A DNA stretch of 64,000 bases. It comes from an uncultured Granulicella sp. Lineage in GTDB: Bacteria; Acidobacteriota; Terriglobia; Terriglobales; Acidobacteriaceae. The notes under the pieces were generated by a model. It saw nothing but the letters and a program-made list of their open reading frames with translations. It was not told where the DNA came from and made no database searches. The stretch lies in NCBI GenBank assembly GCA_963693075.2, contig CAXMMP010000001.1, positions 1,044,471 to 1,108,470 of the forward strand. Direction: 5' to 3'. This document shows positions 42,877 to 52,677 of the stretch, one piece after another. Each line of letters opens with the position of its first letter. Position 1 is the first letter of the stretch. A program made the translations under genes and the position numbers.

Positions 42877-44850
42877 ATGATTCGCATTCTGCAGCAGAAC
42901 AACAAGATCGTTAAGGTATTTTTCGCCATCATCATCGGGGCTGCTGTGATCACGATGGTCATTACGCTCGTTCCCGGAATCTTCGACAATGTTGGAGCCA
43001 ATGGCGACACGACCAACTACGCCACGGTGCATGAGCCGGGGGTCTTTGGACGGGTCTTCGGACAAAGCGTTCCGGTGACACAGTCGGAAGTTGCTCGGCT
43101 GGCGCAGCAGCAAGCGCAGCGGCAGGGATTACCGGCGATGTATGTGCAGTTCATGATGCCGCAGGCTGGGCAGGCGATGGTGCAGCGCGCGATCCTGCAG
43201 ATTGAAGCAGAGCGAATGGGCTTGACGCCGACCGATGCGGACCTGGTGCAGGAGCTTCATCAAGGGCAGCTTGGGCAAATCCTCTTTCCCGATGGCAAAT
43301 ACATCGGCGACGAAGCCTACATGAACTTCGTCCAGAATCAGGTCGGAATGTCACGGTCGGACTTCGAAGGCCTGGTGAAGAAGGGCATGGAGGTCGATCG
43401 CCTGCAGTCGCTCATCACGGGTGGCGTGACGGTTCCGGACAACGAAGTTCGCGCTTCGTACCTCATCCAGGGTACGAAGGTGAAGTTCGACTATGCGGTG
43501 CTTTCGGCTGACGATATCGGCAAGTCGCTGAACCCGAGCGATGCGGACCTGCAGACGTTCTTCAAGTCGAACGGCGCGCGATATGCGACTGCCGCCCTGG
43601 AGACGCGGAAACTCGAGTACTTCTCGTTTGGACCGGATGACCTTCCGGGTGGCGCCCCGCAGGTTTCGGATGCGGACATTCAGGCCTACTACAACGCCCA
43701 TCTCGCCGACTATCAGGTGAAAGAGCAGGTCCGGGCGCGGCATATTTTGATCGCGGTGCCGGAAGGTTCGAGCGCTGCCGTGGACGCTGCGGCAAAGACG
43801 AAGGCAGAAGGGCTGCTAAAGCAGATTCGAGGCGGCGCGGATTTCGCGGCGCTGGCGAAGGCGAACTCAGACGACCCGGGTAGCAAGGCCACAGGCGGCG
43901 AGCTTGGCTTCTTTCAGAAGGGCAAGATGGTTCCCGCGTTTGAGCAGGCAGCCTTCGCGTTACAGCCGGGACAGACCTCTGACCTCGTCAAGACGTCATT
44001 TGGCTACCACATCATTAACGTCGAAGAGAAGCAGACAGCGCACACCAAGACGCTCGCTGAGGTGAAGTCGACGATTCTGCCGGTATTACAGCAGCAGAAA
44101 CTGGGCGCAGCCGAGCAGACGTACGCGACGACGTTGACGAACGAAGCGAAGAAGAATGGCATCGACAAAACGGCTGCAGCACATAACTTGCATGCCGTTA
44201 CGACCGACTACCTGGGCAAGGATGGTGTGATCGCCGGGGTTTCGGATGGTGCAAGCATGCTGACGCAGGCTTTCACGACACCGAAGGGAGCCGCGCCGGC
44301 ATCTGCTTCGACAGGCGATGGTTACGCAATCTTCCAGGTGACGGATGTGAAGCCCGCGCACGCGCCCACCTTCGACGAATGGAAGTCGCACATCCTGACG
44401 GACTATCGTGAGCAGCAGGTTCCCGCGATGTTAAATGCGCAGTTGAACAGGCTGGATGCGCGCGCGAAAGAACTTGGCGATCTGCATAAAGCCGCGGCTG
44501 AAGTGGGCGCGACTGTGAAGACGAGCGATCTGGTTGGCAAGGACGCTCAAGTTCCGGATGTCGGGGCGATGACGGGACCGGCAGCTGTGGCCTTCACCTT
44601 GGCGAAGGGTGCGATTTCAGGGCCAATCAACACCGGGACCAACGGGATTGTTCTGCAGTTGACCGACAAGCAGGAGCCGAGCGCCGAGGAGATTGCGAAG
44701 AACTTTGAGCAGACGCGGGCGACGATTCTGGATGAACGCCGCGAGGAAGTCTTCCGGATCTACCTTGGAACCCTGGCTGCGAAGTATCAGGCTGCCGGAG
44801 CGATTCGGATGAAGGTAAAGCAGCCCGCTGGTCTGCCCATTGGCAGTTAG
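42877..44850 (+). CDS. PpiD/SurA-like periplasmic chaperone with a parvulin PPIase domain
   Basis: An N-terminal TM anchor is present (KVFFAIIIGAAVITMVITLV). The parvulin core is ARHILIAV...GGELGFFQKGKMVPAFEQAAFAL...SFGYHII. Confidence 0.85.
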   Translation: MIRILQQNNKIVKVFFAIIIGAAVITMVITLVPGIFDNVGANGDTTNYATVHEPGVFGRVFGQSVPVTQSEVARLAQQQAQRQGLPAMYVQFMMPQAGQAMVQRAILQIEAERMGLTPTDADLVQELHQGQLGQILFPDGKYIGDEAYMNFVQNQVGMSRSDFEGLVKKGMEVDRLQSLITGGVTVPDNEVRASYLIQGTKVKFDYAVLSADDIGKSLNPSDADLQTFFKSNGARYATAALETRKLEYFSFGPDDLPGGAPQVSDADIQAYYNAHLADYQVKEQVRARHILIAVPEGSSAAVDAAAKTKAEGLLKQIRGGADFAALAKANSDDPGSKATGGELGFFQKGKMVPAFEQAAFALQPGQTSDLVKTSFGYHIINVEEKQTAHTKTLAEVKSTILPVLQQQKLGAAEQTYATTLTNEAKKNGIDKTAAAHNLHAVTTDYLGKDGVIAGVSDGASMLTQAFTTPKGAAPASASTGDGYAIFQVTDVKPAHAPTFDEWKSHILTDYREQQVPAMLNAQLNRLDARAKELGDLHKAAAEVGATVKTSDLVGKDAQVPDVGAMTGPAAVAFTLAKGAISGPINTGTNGIVLQLTDKQEPSAEEIAKNFEQTRATILDERREEVFRIYLGTLAAKYQAAGAIRMKVKQPAGLPIGS

Positions 44851-44869
44851 CCTCCGGCTATTGTGAGGG

Positions 44870-44903
44870 AGCCCTGAGCTTTGGCTTGGGGCTTTTTCTT
44901 TTA
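44870..44903 (+). terminator. Rho-independent terminator after the PpiD-like gene
   Basis: AGCCCTGAGC-tttg-GCTTGGGGCT (8 of 10 positions paired) followed by TTTTTCTTTT. Confidence 0.6.
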
Positions 44904-44923
44904 ACGGCGGCCCGGGTGAATGG

Positions 44924-45292
44924 CTACTTGCCTGCGAAAAGAATAAGGTTCTTGTCGGGATCGCGAATGACGAACGTCCGAGCGCCCCACGATTCCAGCC
45001 TCAAAGGCTGATGGAAGGGTGTGGCTGCCGCCTGGAACTCCTCGTTCAACGCGTCGATGTTGTCGACCGTAACGGTTGCTGCAAGAAGCTCCTCGTCCAG
45101 GGATCGACTGGGGACTTCGTCAAGTTGACGGAGGTTGAGGCTGGCTCTGTCGCGGGCAACCTGCGCATAGAAGGGCGGGCTCCCGTAAGTGAAAACTATC
45201 TGAAAACCGAGATGGTTGGTGTAAAAAGCGATGGAGGCTTCAAGGTCCGTGGTAAAGAGTTGGGGTTCGGCAGCGAGAAGGGTGGCTTTCAT
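44924..45292 (-). CDS. VOC-family (glyoxalase/bleomycin-resistance fold) protein
   Basis: 122 aa with a beta-alpha-beta-beta-beta type pattern: LFTTDLEASIAFYTNHLGFQIVFTYG...RTFVIRDPDKNLILF. Confidence 0.75.
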   Translation of the reverse strand: MKATLLAAEPQLFTTDLEASIAFYTNHLGFQIVFTYGSPPFYAQVARDRASLNLRQLDEVPSRSLDEELLAATVTVDNIDALNEEFQAAATPFHQPLRLESWGARTFVIRDPDKNLILFAGK

Positions 45293-45388
45293 GGGTTTCC
45301 TCGCTGCTGAGTATAGGTCAGAGCGGAAAGAGTAGAACCCTCAACAGGACAATGATCATGTAGCGGCCAGGCGTTTCCGCTGGTTCAG

Positions 45389-47308
45389 CTAGGGCAGAAT
45401 ATGGAGGGCGGCGATGCGTTGTGCGGTCAGGATGGAGCCAGCTTCGGTGACGTGGCCGTAATCGTTTTGGAGTGGGGTGGTGGGATTGGCGTATTCGACA
45501 CAGCTTCCCTTGCTGCACAAGATTTCGTAGAGCGAGATGTAGAGCGTTGGACCCGTAGCGGCTGACAGCGTCGCCATCTGATGGTCCAGCGGTTCGATCG
45601 GGGCGAGACGGTGGCGGCCAGGGATTGTGGGGTCATGCTGCAGGAGAGACTGCGTCAGCAGGCGCGGCAGGCTGGCGTCGTACTGGACGATCGGGCCGAC
45701 AAGGATCGTGGGAACGTTGTGCTGGTGAAGGTAGACGAGGGTTTCAGTGAGGGAGGGCAGGTCGCCGTCGTCCCAGTGAGCGGCGAGAAGCAAGGCGTCG
45801 ACGTGGTGGGTCAGGACAAAGTCGCGTAGAGCGTAAGCCATGATTTCGCTGCAAGGTGAAAGCTGGCGCGGCCGCTGGTTGAGAACCGGTTTGCAGCCGG
45901 AGGCGGTGGCCTGAAGGACATGGGTATGGGGAAGTGTGTGGGCGAGGCCCCAGTACAGGTCGGCGGCATGGCTATCGCCGATCAGGAGGATGTTTTTCTT
46001 GCCCGGCTGGATGGTGAGGCAGGGGTCGGTGTGGAAGTCAGCCAGGGTGCCGGAGTTTTCCGAGATGAAGCAGGTGAACTGCCGATATTGTTCGACGGTG
46101 ACGCTGGTGTCTTCGACGATGTACGACGAGATAGCAGCGGCCTGGGGTGAGAGACGGGATTGCCATCCTGCGTGCGTGGCCACGGTAATGGCGAACGCGG
46201 CGGAGGCGGTCAGGACGGTAGCTGCTCCGGCAAAGAGCGGGCGGCGACCGGTGCGGAGTGCACCGGTGCGGAAAGGCACCTCGATGAATCGCCAGGAGAG
46301 GATGGCGAGGACAAGCGAAAGCACAAGCAGGTACGCCTGCGATTGGTGACGGGTCAGGCCGTGGATCAGCGTGAAGCCGTAGTTGTAGAAGACGAACACC
46401 GGCCAGTGCCAAAGATAAAGCGAGTAGGAGATCAGTCCAACGAAGACGACGGGCCGTAGCGCAAGGAGGCGTCCGGCGAGATTCGGACCGGAGCGTCCGG
46501 CTGCGATGAGCAGGGCGGCGCCGAGACAGGGTGGTAGGGCGGCGAGGCCGGGGAACACTGTCCAGGAGTGGTACAGGAAGACGGCGAAGGCGATGAGTCC
46601 CAGGCCAGAGAGACCGGCGACTTCACGGAGAATCGGTTTGCGGATGCGGGGGCAGGATTCGAGCGAGAGGACCGTGCCGAGGAGCAGCTCCCAGGCGCGC
46701 GTGTGCGGCCAGTAAAAAGTGGCGGAGGGATGGTAGTAGGCACCCGGAATCGCGACCGCGAAGGAGACGACGGCAAGCGCATAGAGAGCCAAGTCGACGC
46801 GGCGCGGGAGGTAGCGGCGAAGCAGCACCAAAAGGATGGGAAGCAGAATGTAGAACTGCTCTTCAACGGCGAGCGACCAGGTATGGAGCAGGGGCTTCGT
46901 AGCGGCATCGGTATCGAAGTATCCCGACTGGAAGAAAAAGAAGATGTTGGAGAACGAAAAAGCTGCGGCTACCAGGGACTTTGAATAGGTGACAAGTTCG
47001 AGCGGCAGCAGGTACTGGAAGGCGAAGATGCTGGAGACCGCCAGCATGACAAAGAGCGCGGGGAAAATGCGGCGGATGCGTCGCTCGTAGAAGCCCGCGA
47101 AGGTGAAACGTCGTTCGGCCGTTTCGCGCAGGATGATGGTGCCAATAAGGAAGCCCGAGATGGTGAAGAAGATATCGACGCCGACATAGCCGCCGTGGAC
47201 TGGCAGGCCGAGGTGGAAGAGCACGACAGAGAGGACGGCGACGGCGCGCAGTCCGTCGATATCTGGGCGGTACTTGAGTGGGGTGTCGACGCCGGGGGGT
47301 GTCAACAA
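45389..47308 (-). CDS. Acyltransferase-3 family membrane protein with a C-terminal SGNH domain (OafA-like)
   Basis: Contains YRPDIDGLRAVAVLSVVLFHL, followed by about 10 TM segments and then an SGNH-like part (ILLIGDSHA). The start is uncertain. GGAG-cca-c-TTG-TTG at 47308/47305 fits the usual short N-terminus. ATG alternatives are at 47467 and 47509. Confidence 0.85.
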   Translation of the reverse strand: MLTPPGVDTPLKYRPDIDGLRAVAVLSVVLFHLGLPVHGGYVGVDIFFTISGFLIGTIILRETAERRFTFAGFYERRIRRIFPALFVMLAVSSIFAFQYLLPLELVTYSKSLVAAAFSFSNIFFFFQSGYFDTDAATKPLLHTWSLAVEEQFYILLPILLVLLRRYLPRRVDLALYALAVVSFAVAIPGAYYHPSATFYWPHTRAWELLLGTVLSLESCPRIRKPILREVAGLSGLGLIAFAVFLYHSWTVFPGLAALPPCLGAALLIAAGRSGPNLAGRLLALRPVVFVGLISYSLYLWHWPVFVFYNYGFTLIHGLTRHQSQAYLLVLSLVLAILSWRFIEVPFRTGALRTGRRPLFAGAATVLTASAAFAITVATHAGWQSRLSPQAAAISSYIVEDTSVTVEQYRQFTCFISENSGTLADFHTDPCLTIQPGKKNILLIGDSHAADLYWGLAHTLPHTHVLQATASGCKPVLNQRPRQLSPCSEIMAYALRDFVLTHHVDALLLAAHWDDGDLPSLTETLVYLHQHNVPTILVGPIVQYDASLPRLLTQSLLQHDPTIPGRHRLAPIEPLDHQMATLSAATGPTLYISLYEILCSKGSCVEYANPTTPLQNDYGHVTEAGSILTAQRIAALHILP

Positions 47309-47528
47309 GTGGCTCCGTGGCCGGTCGTGAGGCGGAACATGGTGGAAGTTTACGTGGGCTGATCCGGTGGGGGGATAGCTCTTTGGTGGGTTAACCTCGC
47401 AGGCAAACGCTTTCGTTGACCGGGTTGTGGGGGTGTGGTCTAATTCGGCCTGCTTTGTGGCGGTCATTTTCTCACGCTGAGAAATTCGGGGCCCACGTCG
47501 AGACGACATTTCAGGAGGGGTTTACTTC

Positions 47529-49838
47529 ATGCATCTAGGGCTTTTGGCTGTGGCGATGTTGGGTGTTCAGGATGTTCCTGTGACTTCGGTGGCAAGTAGC
47601 GACGCGATGTGGCTTTGGATAGCGATGGGGGTTGGGGTGCTGGCGCTCCTGGCGGCGTTGCTGCTGGCGCGGAGTGTGCTCTCCGCGGATACCGGGACGG
47701 CGGAGATGCAGGCGATCTCGAACGCCATCCGCGAGGGGGCGGAAGCGTTTCTGTCGCGGCAGTATCGAACCATCGGGATTTTGGCCCTTGTGCTCGCAGT
47801 CGTGGTCTTCGCCGGCTATCATGCGTCACCGCGGACCGCTCCGCTGGCGCTGAAGACGGTCATCAGCTTCCTGGTAGGCGCGGTATGTTCCGGGCTCGCG
47901 GGTTTCACTGGCATGTATGTTTCGATTCGCGCGAATATCCGGACTGCTGCGGCGGCGCGGAACTCACTGAATGGCGCATTGCAGGCAGCGCTGCGTGGCG
48001 GAGCAGTGACCGGACTCGTGGTCGTGGCATTATCGCTGCTTGGTGTCGGAGCGTTGTTCTTCTTCTTTGGCGGGCTGGATCATCCGCAGGAGGTGCCGTA
48101 CCAGCTGGTGGGATTTGGTTTCGGCGCGTCGCTGGTGGCGCTGTTTGCGCAGTTGGGAGGCGGAATCTATACCAAGGCTGCCGACGTTGGCGCGGACCTC
48201 GTGGGCAAAGTGGAGGCCGGCATTCCGGAGGACGATCCGCGCAACCCGGCCGTGATCGCGGACCTAGTCGGCGATAACGTTGGCGACTGCGCGGGGCGTG
48301 GCGCGGACATCTTCGAGTCGACGGCGGCGGAGAATGTTGGAGCGATGATCCTTGGCGCAGCGCTTTACCCGGTCTTTGGCGTGAAGGGAATCCTCTTCCC
48401 GCTCATCGTCCACGCAATCAACCTGATCGCCTCGATTGTCGGCGTCGCCGTAGTCAAGACGACGGATACCGAAGACCCGATGAGCGCATTGAACCGCGGG
48501 TTCTATGTGACAGCGGTCCTGGCGATGGCAGGCTTTGCCTTTGCCGTCTTCCAGATGCTGAACGGAACGAATGTTCATCCGGGCTGGCTGCTGTCGTGCG
48601 GTGCCGTGGGCATGGCGACGGCGTTCTTATTTGTCTGGATTACGCAGTACTATACCGAGTCGAAGTATCGACCGGTTCAGTCGATCGCCGAGGCTTCGCT
48701 GACCGGACCCGCGACAAACATCATCAGCGGCATTGCGGTCGGGATGGAGACGCCGGCTGCTCCGGTGATCGTGATCTCGGCGGCGCTGCTGCTGAGCTAC
48801 TACTTTGGCGTGCGTGGATTGGAGGACGTGCATATCGCGGGAATTGCGACCTATGCCAAGGGCATCTATGGGACGGCGATCGCGACGATGGGCATGCTGT
48901 CCTGCGCGGCCTACATCCTGGCCATGGACACCTTTGGACCGATCACGGATAACGCTGGCGGCATCATTGAGATGTCGAATCAGCCGGATGCAGTGCGGGA
49001 TAAGACCGACAAGCTGGACTCGGCGGGGAATACGACCAAGGCGCTGACCAAGGGTTATGCGATCGGGTCGGCATCACTTGCAGCATTCCTGCTCTTCTCG
49101 GCTTATCTCGAAGAGATCAAGTCCATTGTGACGGCCAAGGTGAATGTCCCGGGAGGCTTTATGCCGACGAACTGGTCGTTCACGAATATCAATCTGGCCG
49201 AGATTCCGGTGTTTGTCGGCGCTCTGCTCGGCGCGATGCTGACGTACCTCTTCTCTTCGCTTGCCATCAAGGCTGTCGGGCGTACAGCCCAGATGGTCGT
49301 CAAGGATGTCCGCGATCAATTCCGTGAGAATCCGGGCATTATGCTTGGAACTTCGAAGCCAGACTATGCACGATGCGTGTCGATCGTGACCGGCGCGGCG
49401 TTGAAAGAGATGGTGCTGCCGGGCTGTCTTGCAGTCGGTCTGCCGGTCGCCGTAGGGTTGATCTTCAAGAACCTGAGTTCAAGCTATCGCAGCGGAGCAG
49501 AGATCTTGACCAGTGGCTCGTCGATGACAGTGCCCGCGATCAACGGGGTTCCGGTGAATCTCGCAGGAGCCTCCGCAGTGGCTGGGTTGCTGATGGTCGG
49601 GACCATCTCAGGCATTCTGCTGGCGATGCTGATGAACAACGGCGGCGGAGCATGGGACAACGCGAAGAAGTGGATTGAGACCGGGCAGTACGGCGGCAAA
49701 AAGTCGGACGCACACAAAGCTGCTGTCGTCGGCGATACCGTCGGAGATCCGTTCAAGGACACGGCTGGACCTTCGCTGCATGTTCTGATCAAGCTGCTCG
49801 CGACCATCACACTAGTCCTGGCCCCCTTGTTCCTGTAG
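47529..49838 (+). CDS. hppA: Membrane-bound proton/sodium-translocating pyrophosphatase
   Basis: Diagnostic motifs are GGGIYTKAADVGADLVGKVE, DNVGDCAGRGADIFES and VGDTVGDPFKDTAGPSL. The ATG at 47529 has AGGAGG 10 nt upstream. An internal ATG at 47607 (MWLWIAMGVGV...) would give the N-terminus length usual for this family. Confidence 0.92.
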   Translation: MHLGLLAVAMLGVQDVPVTSVASSDAMWLWIAMGVGVLALLAALLLARSVLSADTGTAEMQAISNAIREGAEAFLSRQYRTIGILALVLAVVVFAGYHASPRTAPLALKTVISFLVGAVCSGLAGFTGMYVSIRANIRTAAAARNSLNGALQAALRGGAVTGLVVVALSLLGVGALFFFFGGLDHPQEVPYQLVGFGFGASLVALFAQLGGGIYTKAADVGADLVGKVEAGIPEDDPRNPAVIADLVGDNVGDCAGRGADIFESTAAENVGAMILGAALYPVFGVKGILFPLIVHAINLIASIVGVAVVKTTDTEDPMSALNRGFYVTAVLAMAGFAFAVFQMLNGTNVHPGWLLSCGAVGMATAFLFVWITQYYTESKYRPVQSIAEASLTGPATNIISGIAVGMETPAAPVIVISAALLLSYYFGVRGLEDVHIAGIATYAKGIYGTAIATMGMLSCAAYILAMDTFGPITDNAGGIIEMSNQPDAVRDKTDKLDSAGNTTKALTKGYAIGSASLAAFLLFSAYLEEIKSIVTAKVNVPGGFMPTNWSFTNINLAEIPVFVGALLGAMLTYLFSSLAIKAVGRTAQMVVKDVRDQFRENPGIMLGTSKPDYARCVSIVTGAALKEMVLPGCLAVGLPVAVGLIFKNLSSSYRSGAEILTSGSSMTVPAINGVPVNLAGASAVAGLLMVGTISGILLAMLMNNGGGAWDNAKKWIETGQYGGKKSDAHKAAVVGDTVGDPFKDTAGPSLHVLIKLLATITLVLAPLFL

Positions 49839-49866
49839 TACAAGTCGCTACGCTTACCAAGACAAA

Positions 49867-49918
49867 GGCCATGAGCGATCAACCGGGTGTCTCCTGGCTG
49901 GTCACTCATGGCCGTTTT
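49867..49918 (+). terminator. Stem-loop with a T-tract after hppA
   Basis: GGCCATGAG ... CTCATGGCC (9-bp stem, long loop) followed by GTTTTA. Confidence 0.4.
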
Positions 49919-50119
49919 ATCCAGAAGACGCCTCATACGTTGGCTGGACGCAGGTCGAAGCACTATGCCGGCAATCACTCGTCTCAATGCCCAGGATCAC
50001 CTTGATGGGGTGAAGAGGCGAATTGGTGCGTGGCCCGGCGAGGCGTAAAGTTAAGGTTTGCCAAGGTGCACAAGACGGCCTCGGCGGGGACGTTACGACT
50101 TATCTTTTCGAGGATTTCT

Positions 50120-51748
50120 TTGAACACGAATCTGTTGCCGATTGAAGCAATTGCCGCAAAGCTGGATCTGCCGGACGACCTTTACGAAAAGCGCAGCCCG
50201 GTGAGCGCGAAGCTATCTCTGAAGCTGCTGGACGATGCGCGCTTTGACCGGAAGGGCAAGATGATCCTGGTGACTGCGACGACGCCGACAGTCTCGGGCG
50301 AAGGCAAGACGGTGACGTCGATCGGTCTAGTGCAGGGCTTAGAGAAGATTGGCAAGCGGGCGATCCTGACCTCGCGCGAGCCTTCGCTGGGGCCAGTCTT
50401 TGGGATGAAGGGTGGCGCTGCGGGCGGCGGACGTTCGCAGGTTGAGCCGGCAGACAAAATCAACCTGCATTTTCACGGCGACTTTCACGCCGTTACGAGC
50501 GCGCACAACCTGCTGGCGGCGCTGATTGATTCGCACCTGTTCCATGGGAATGAACTTGGGCTCGACCCTGCGGCGATTACCTGGCCGCGCGCGATGGACA
50601 TGAACGACCGTGCTCTGCGGGCGATCACCGTGAGCCTTACCGCTCCCGATAAGCGGCAACGCGATGGCAGCAACCGGACTGCAGGGTTCCTGATTACGGC
50701 CGCAAGCGAGATTATGGCGATTCTGTCGTTGGCTGAAGGCCGCGAGGACCTGCGAGTAAGACTGGCGCGGATTGTGATCGGCGCGACGCGCCAGGGGCAG
50801 CCCGTCACCGCAGATGAGCTTGGCGCAACCGGCCCGATGATGGCGCTGCTCGCTGAAGCGATTGAGCCAAACCTGGTTCAAACCTCAGAGGGCACACCGG
50901 CGATGGTGCATTGCGGACCATTCGCGAACATCGCGCACGGTACTAGCTCCGTGGTCTCGCAGAAGATCGGGCTGCGGTTGGCAGATTACGCGGTTAATGA
51001 GACTGGCTTCGCATCGGACCTCGGTTTCGAAAAGTACATGGACTTGGTGATGCCTTCGTCGGGCATCAAGCCGGCGGCTGCGGTGTTGGTGACGACGGTG
51101 AAGAGCGTACGCGAACAGGGGCAGGGAAGTCTCGAGGCGGGATTCGAAAACCTGAAGAAACATATCGGAATTGTGCGCGGCTTTGGCTTGCCGGTCGTCG
51201 TGGCGATCAATCGCTTCCCGGACGATATCGACTCGGATCTTGAGACGCTGGAGACCTTCTGTACCGGGAACGGCGCCTCGTTCGCGCTATCCGAAGCGTA
51301 TGCAAAGGGCGGCGAAGGAGCGTCGGCGCTCGCACGGAAGGTGGTTGAGGTGATCGACGCGAATCCCGCGCCCAGCCTTGCCACCACGTATGTCGCGGAC
51401 GATTCGGTCGAGGAGAAGATCACCAAGGTGGCGCGTCAAATCTACGGCGCAGATGGCATCGAACTGAGCGATAAGGCCAGGGCTGCGCTGGCAAGATATG
51501 AAGGCTGGGGCTTTGGCGCGCTGCCGGTGTGCATCGCCAAGACGCAGTATTCACTGACGGATGATCCAAAGCGCCCCGGCGCTCCGACGGGCTGGACACT
51601 CCATGTAACGGATGTGGCATTGTCCGCGGGTGCTCAGTTTCTGGTGGTGATCTCGGGTTCGATGATGCTGATGCCCGGACTTCCAAAGAGTTCACGGGCT
51701 ATGGGGATTGATGTGGATGCCGACGGAAACATCACAGGGATGTCTTAG
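50120..51748 (+). CDS. fhs: Formate-tetrahydrofolate ligase
   Basis: Contains VTATTPTVSGEGKTVTSIGL (P-loop). The overall sequence is typical of Fhs, including the ending LPGLPKSSRAMGIDVDADGNITG. The start was picked at TTG 50120, with GAGGA 6 nt upstream. The track start at 50030 is a GTG that adds 30 non-conserved residues. Confidence 0.92.
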   Translation: MNTNLLPIEAIAAKLDLPDDLYEKRSPVSAKLSLKLLDDARFDRKGKMILVTATTPTVSGEGKTVTSIGLVQGLEKIGKRAILTSREPSLGPVFGMKGGAAGGGRSQVEPADKINLHFHGDFHAVTSAHNLLAALIDSHLFHGNELGLDPAAITWPRAMDMNDRALRAITVSLTAPDKRQRDGSNRTAGFLITAASEIMAILSLAEGREDLRVRLARIVIGATRQGQPVTADELGATGPMMALLAEAIEPNLVQTSEGTPAMVHCGPFANIAHGTSSVVSQKIGLRLADYAVNETGFASDLGFEKYMDLVMPSSGIKPAAAVLVTTVKSVREQGQGSLEAGFENLKKHIGIVRGFGLPVVVAINRFPDDIDSDLETLETFCTGNGASFALSEAYAKGGEGASALARKVVEVIDANPAPSLATTYVADDSVEEKITKVARQIYGADGIELSDKARAALARYEGWGFGALPVCIAKTQYSLTDDPKRPGAPTGWTLHVTDVALSAGAQFLVVISGSMMLMPGLPKSSRAMGIDVDADGNITGMS

Positions 51749-51788
51749 GGCAGGAAACCGGGCTCTGGAAACTGTTGACCGGAAAAAC

Positions 51789-51825
51789 GAATGCCCACCG
51801 TTAGGGGGTGGGCATTCTGGTTTTT
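51789..51825. terminator. Bidirectional rho-independent terminator
   Basis: GAATGCCCACC-gttaggg-GGTGGGCATTC, a perfect 11-bp stem. It is flanked by AAAAA upstream and TTTTT downstream, between convergent genes. Confidence 0.75.
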
Positions 51826-51838
51826 CCTGCAAATCTTT

Positions 51839-52474
51839 CTAAGCGTTGCGACCGCAGCCATGGCTCATAACGATCTGTTTGCGCCACTCTTCCATCGTCG
51901 CGTAAATAATGCAGGAGCGGCCAGTGGTCGTATCGACCCGCCACGTCAGATTGCCCTGGCGATACCATTGATAGCTGCCAGAGCCGGCGAACTTCATGCC
52001 GTTGCTGGGATTGGGTGAGACGCTGTCGGCAACCGGCAGGCCCGGCTGATAGGGTGCGGCATAGGGTGTCGTCGTCGTGGCCGTCGTGCCTGCGTATGGA
52101 TTGGTGGGCTGGCCGACCGTCGGGATGGTGACGGGTGCCGTACTCGCCGAGGGCGCTTGCATGGAAGAGGTAGTCGAGGAATAAGTGCTGGTGGTTGACG
52201 GCGTTGCGCTTGTGGGGGCGGTCGTGGGCAGACTGCCATTGGCGGCCTCTTCCGCAGCCACGCGGGCGGAGGCTGTCTTATGCTCGCTGTTGCCGTCGGC
52301 GGTCTCGCCTGAGTTTTCCTTCAGATAGTTGGCCTTGGCATCGCCCTCCAGGCAGCCCGTGCAGGTTACATCTCCGCTATCGAGCTTCGCCTTCTCCTCG
52401 TGACCCTTGTAGATCAACCAGCCCGCATACACGCAGATGCAGAGCACTATCAGGATCAAGATGTTCCTTACCAT
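51839..52474 (-). CDS. Membrane-anchored Ser/Thr/Pro-rich hypothetical protein
   Basis: The ATG at 52474 is preceded by GGAGGT. The N-terminal TM is MVRNILILIVLCICVYAGWLIY. A T/S/P-rich linker precedes a small Cys-containing C-terminal domain. Confidence 0.6.
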   Translation of the reverse strand: MVRNILILIVLCICVYAGWLIYKGHEEKAKLDSGDVTCTGCLEGDAKANYLKENSGETADGNSEHKTASARVAAEEAANGSLPTTAPTSATPSTTSTYSSTTSSMQAPSASTAPVTIPTVGQPTNPYAGTTATTTTPYAAPYQPGLPVADSVSPNPSNGMKFAGSGSYQWYRQGNLTWRVDTTTGRSCIIYATMEEWRKQIVMSHGCGRNA

Positions 52475-52677
52475 CACCCATACCTCCAGAAGTTTCGTGG
52501 AAACGCCAGCGCAAAGTTGCACTAAAGCTGGTGCACACTGTACCCACTATCCAGCATTCAGGGGCGTTCCGTCGATGGAAAACTCGGGAGTTTCCGTTAA
52601 TCATTTGACTACGATCAAGTTTGACCGTCGCTCGCCCCATCTTGAGGCGGCCTCGGGGCCTGTCGCGCTATGATTGA

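Noticed and set aside
49919-50119. Possible ZTP (pfl) or THF riboswitch in the roughly 200-nt leader of fhs.
   Set aside because: One-carbon genes often carry these elements, and GGTGCGTGGCCCGGCGAGG vaguely resembles the ZTP 5' subdomain. However, I could not find the conserved 3' CCGCCUGGGC pseudoknot partner or a THF-like fold. An Infernal/Rfam scan would settle it.
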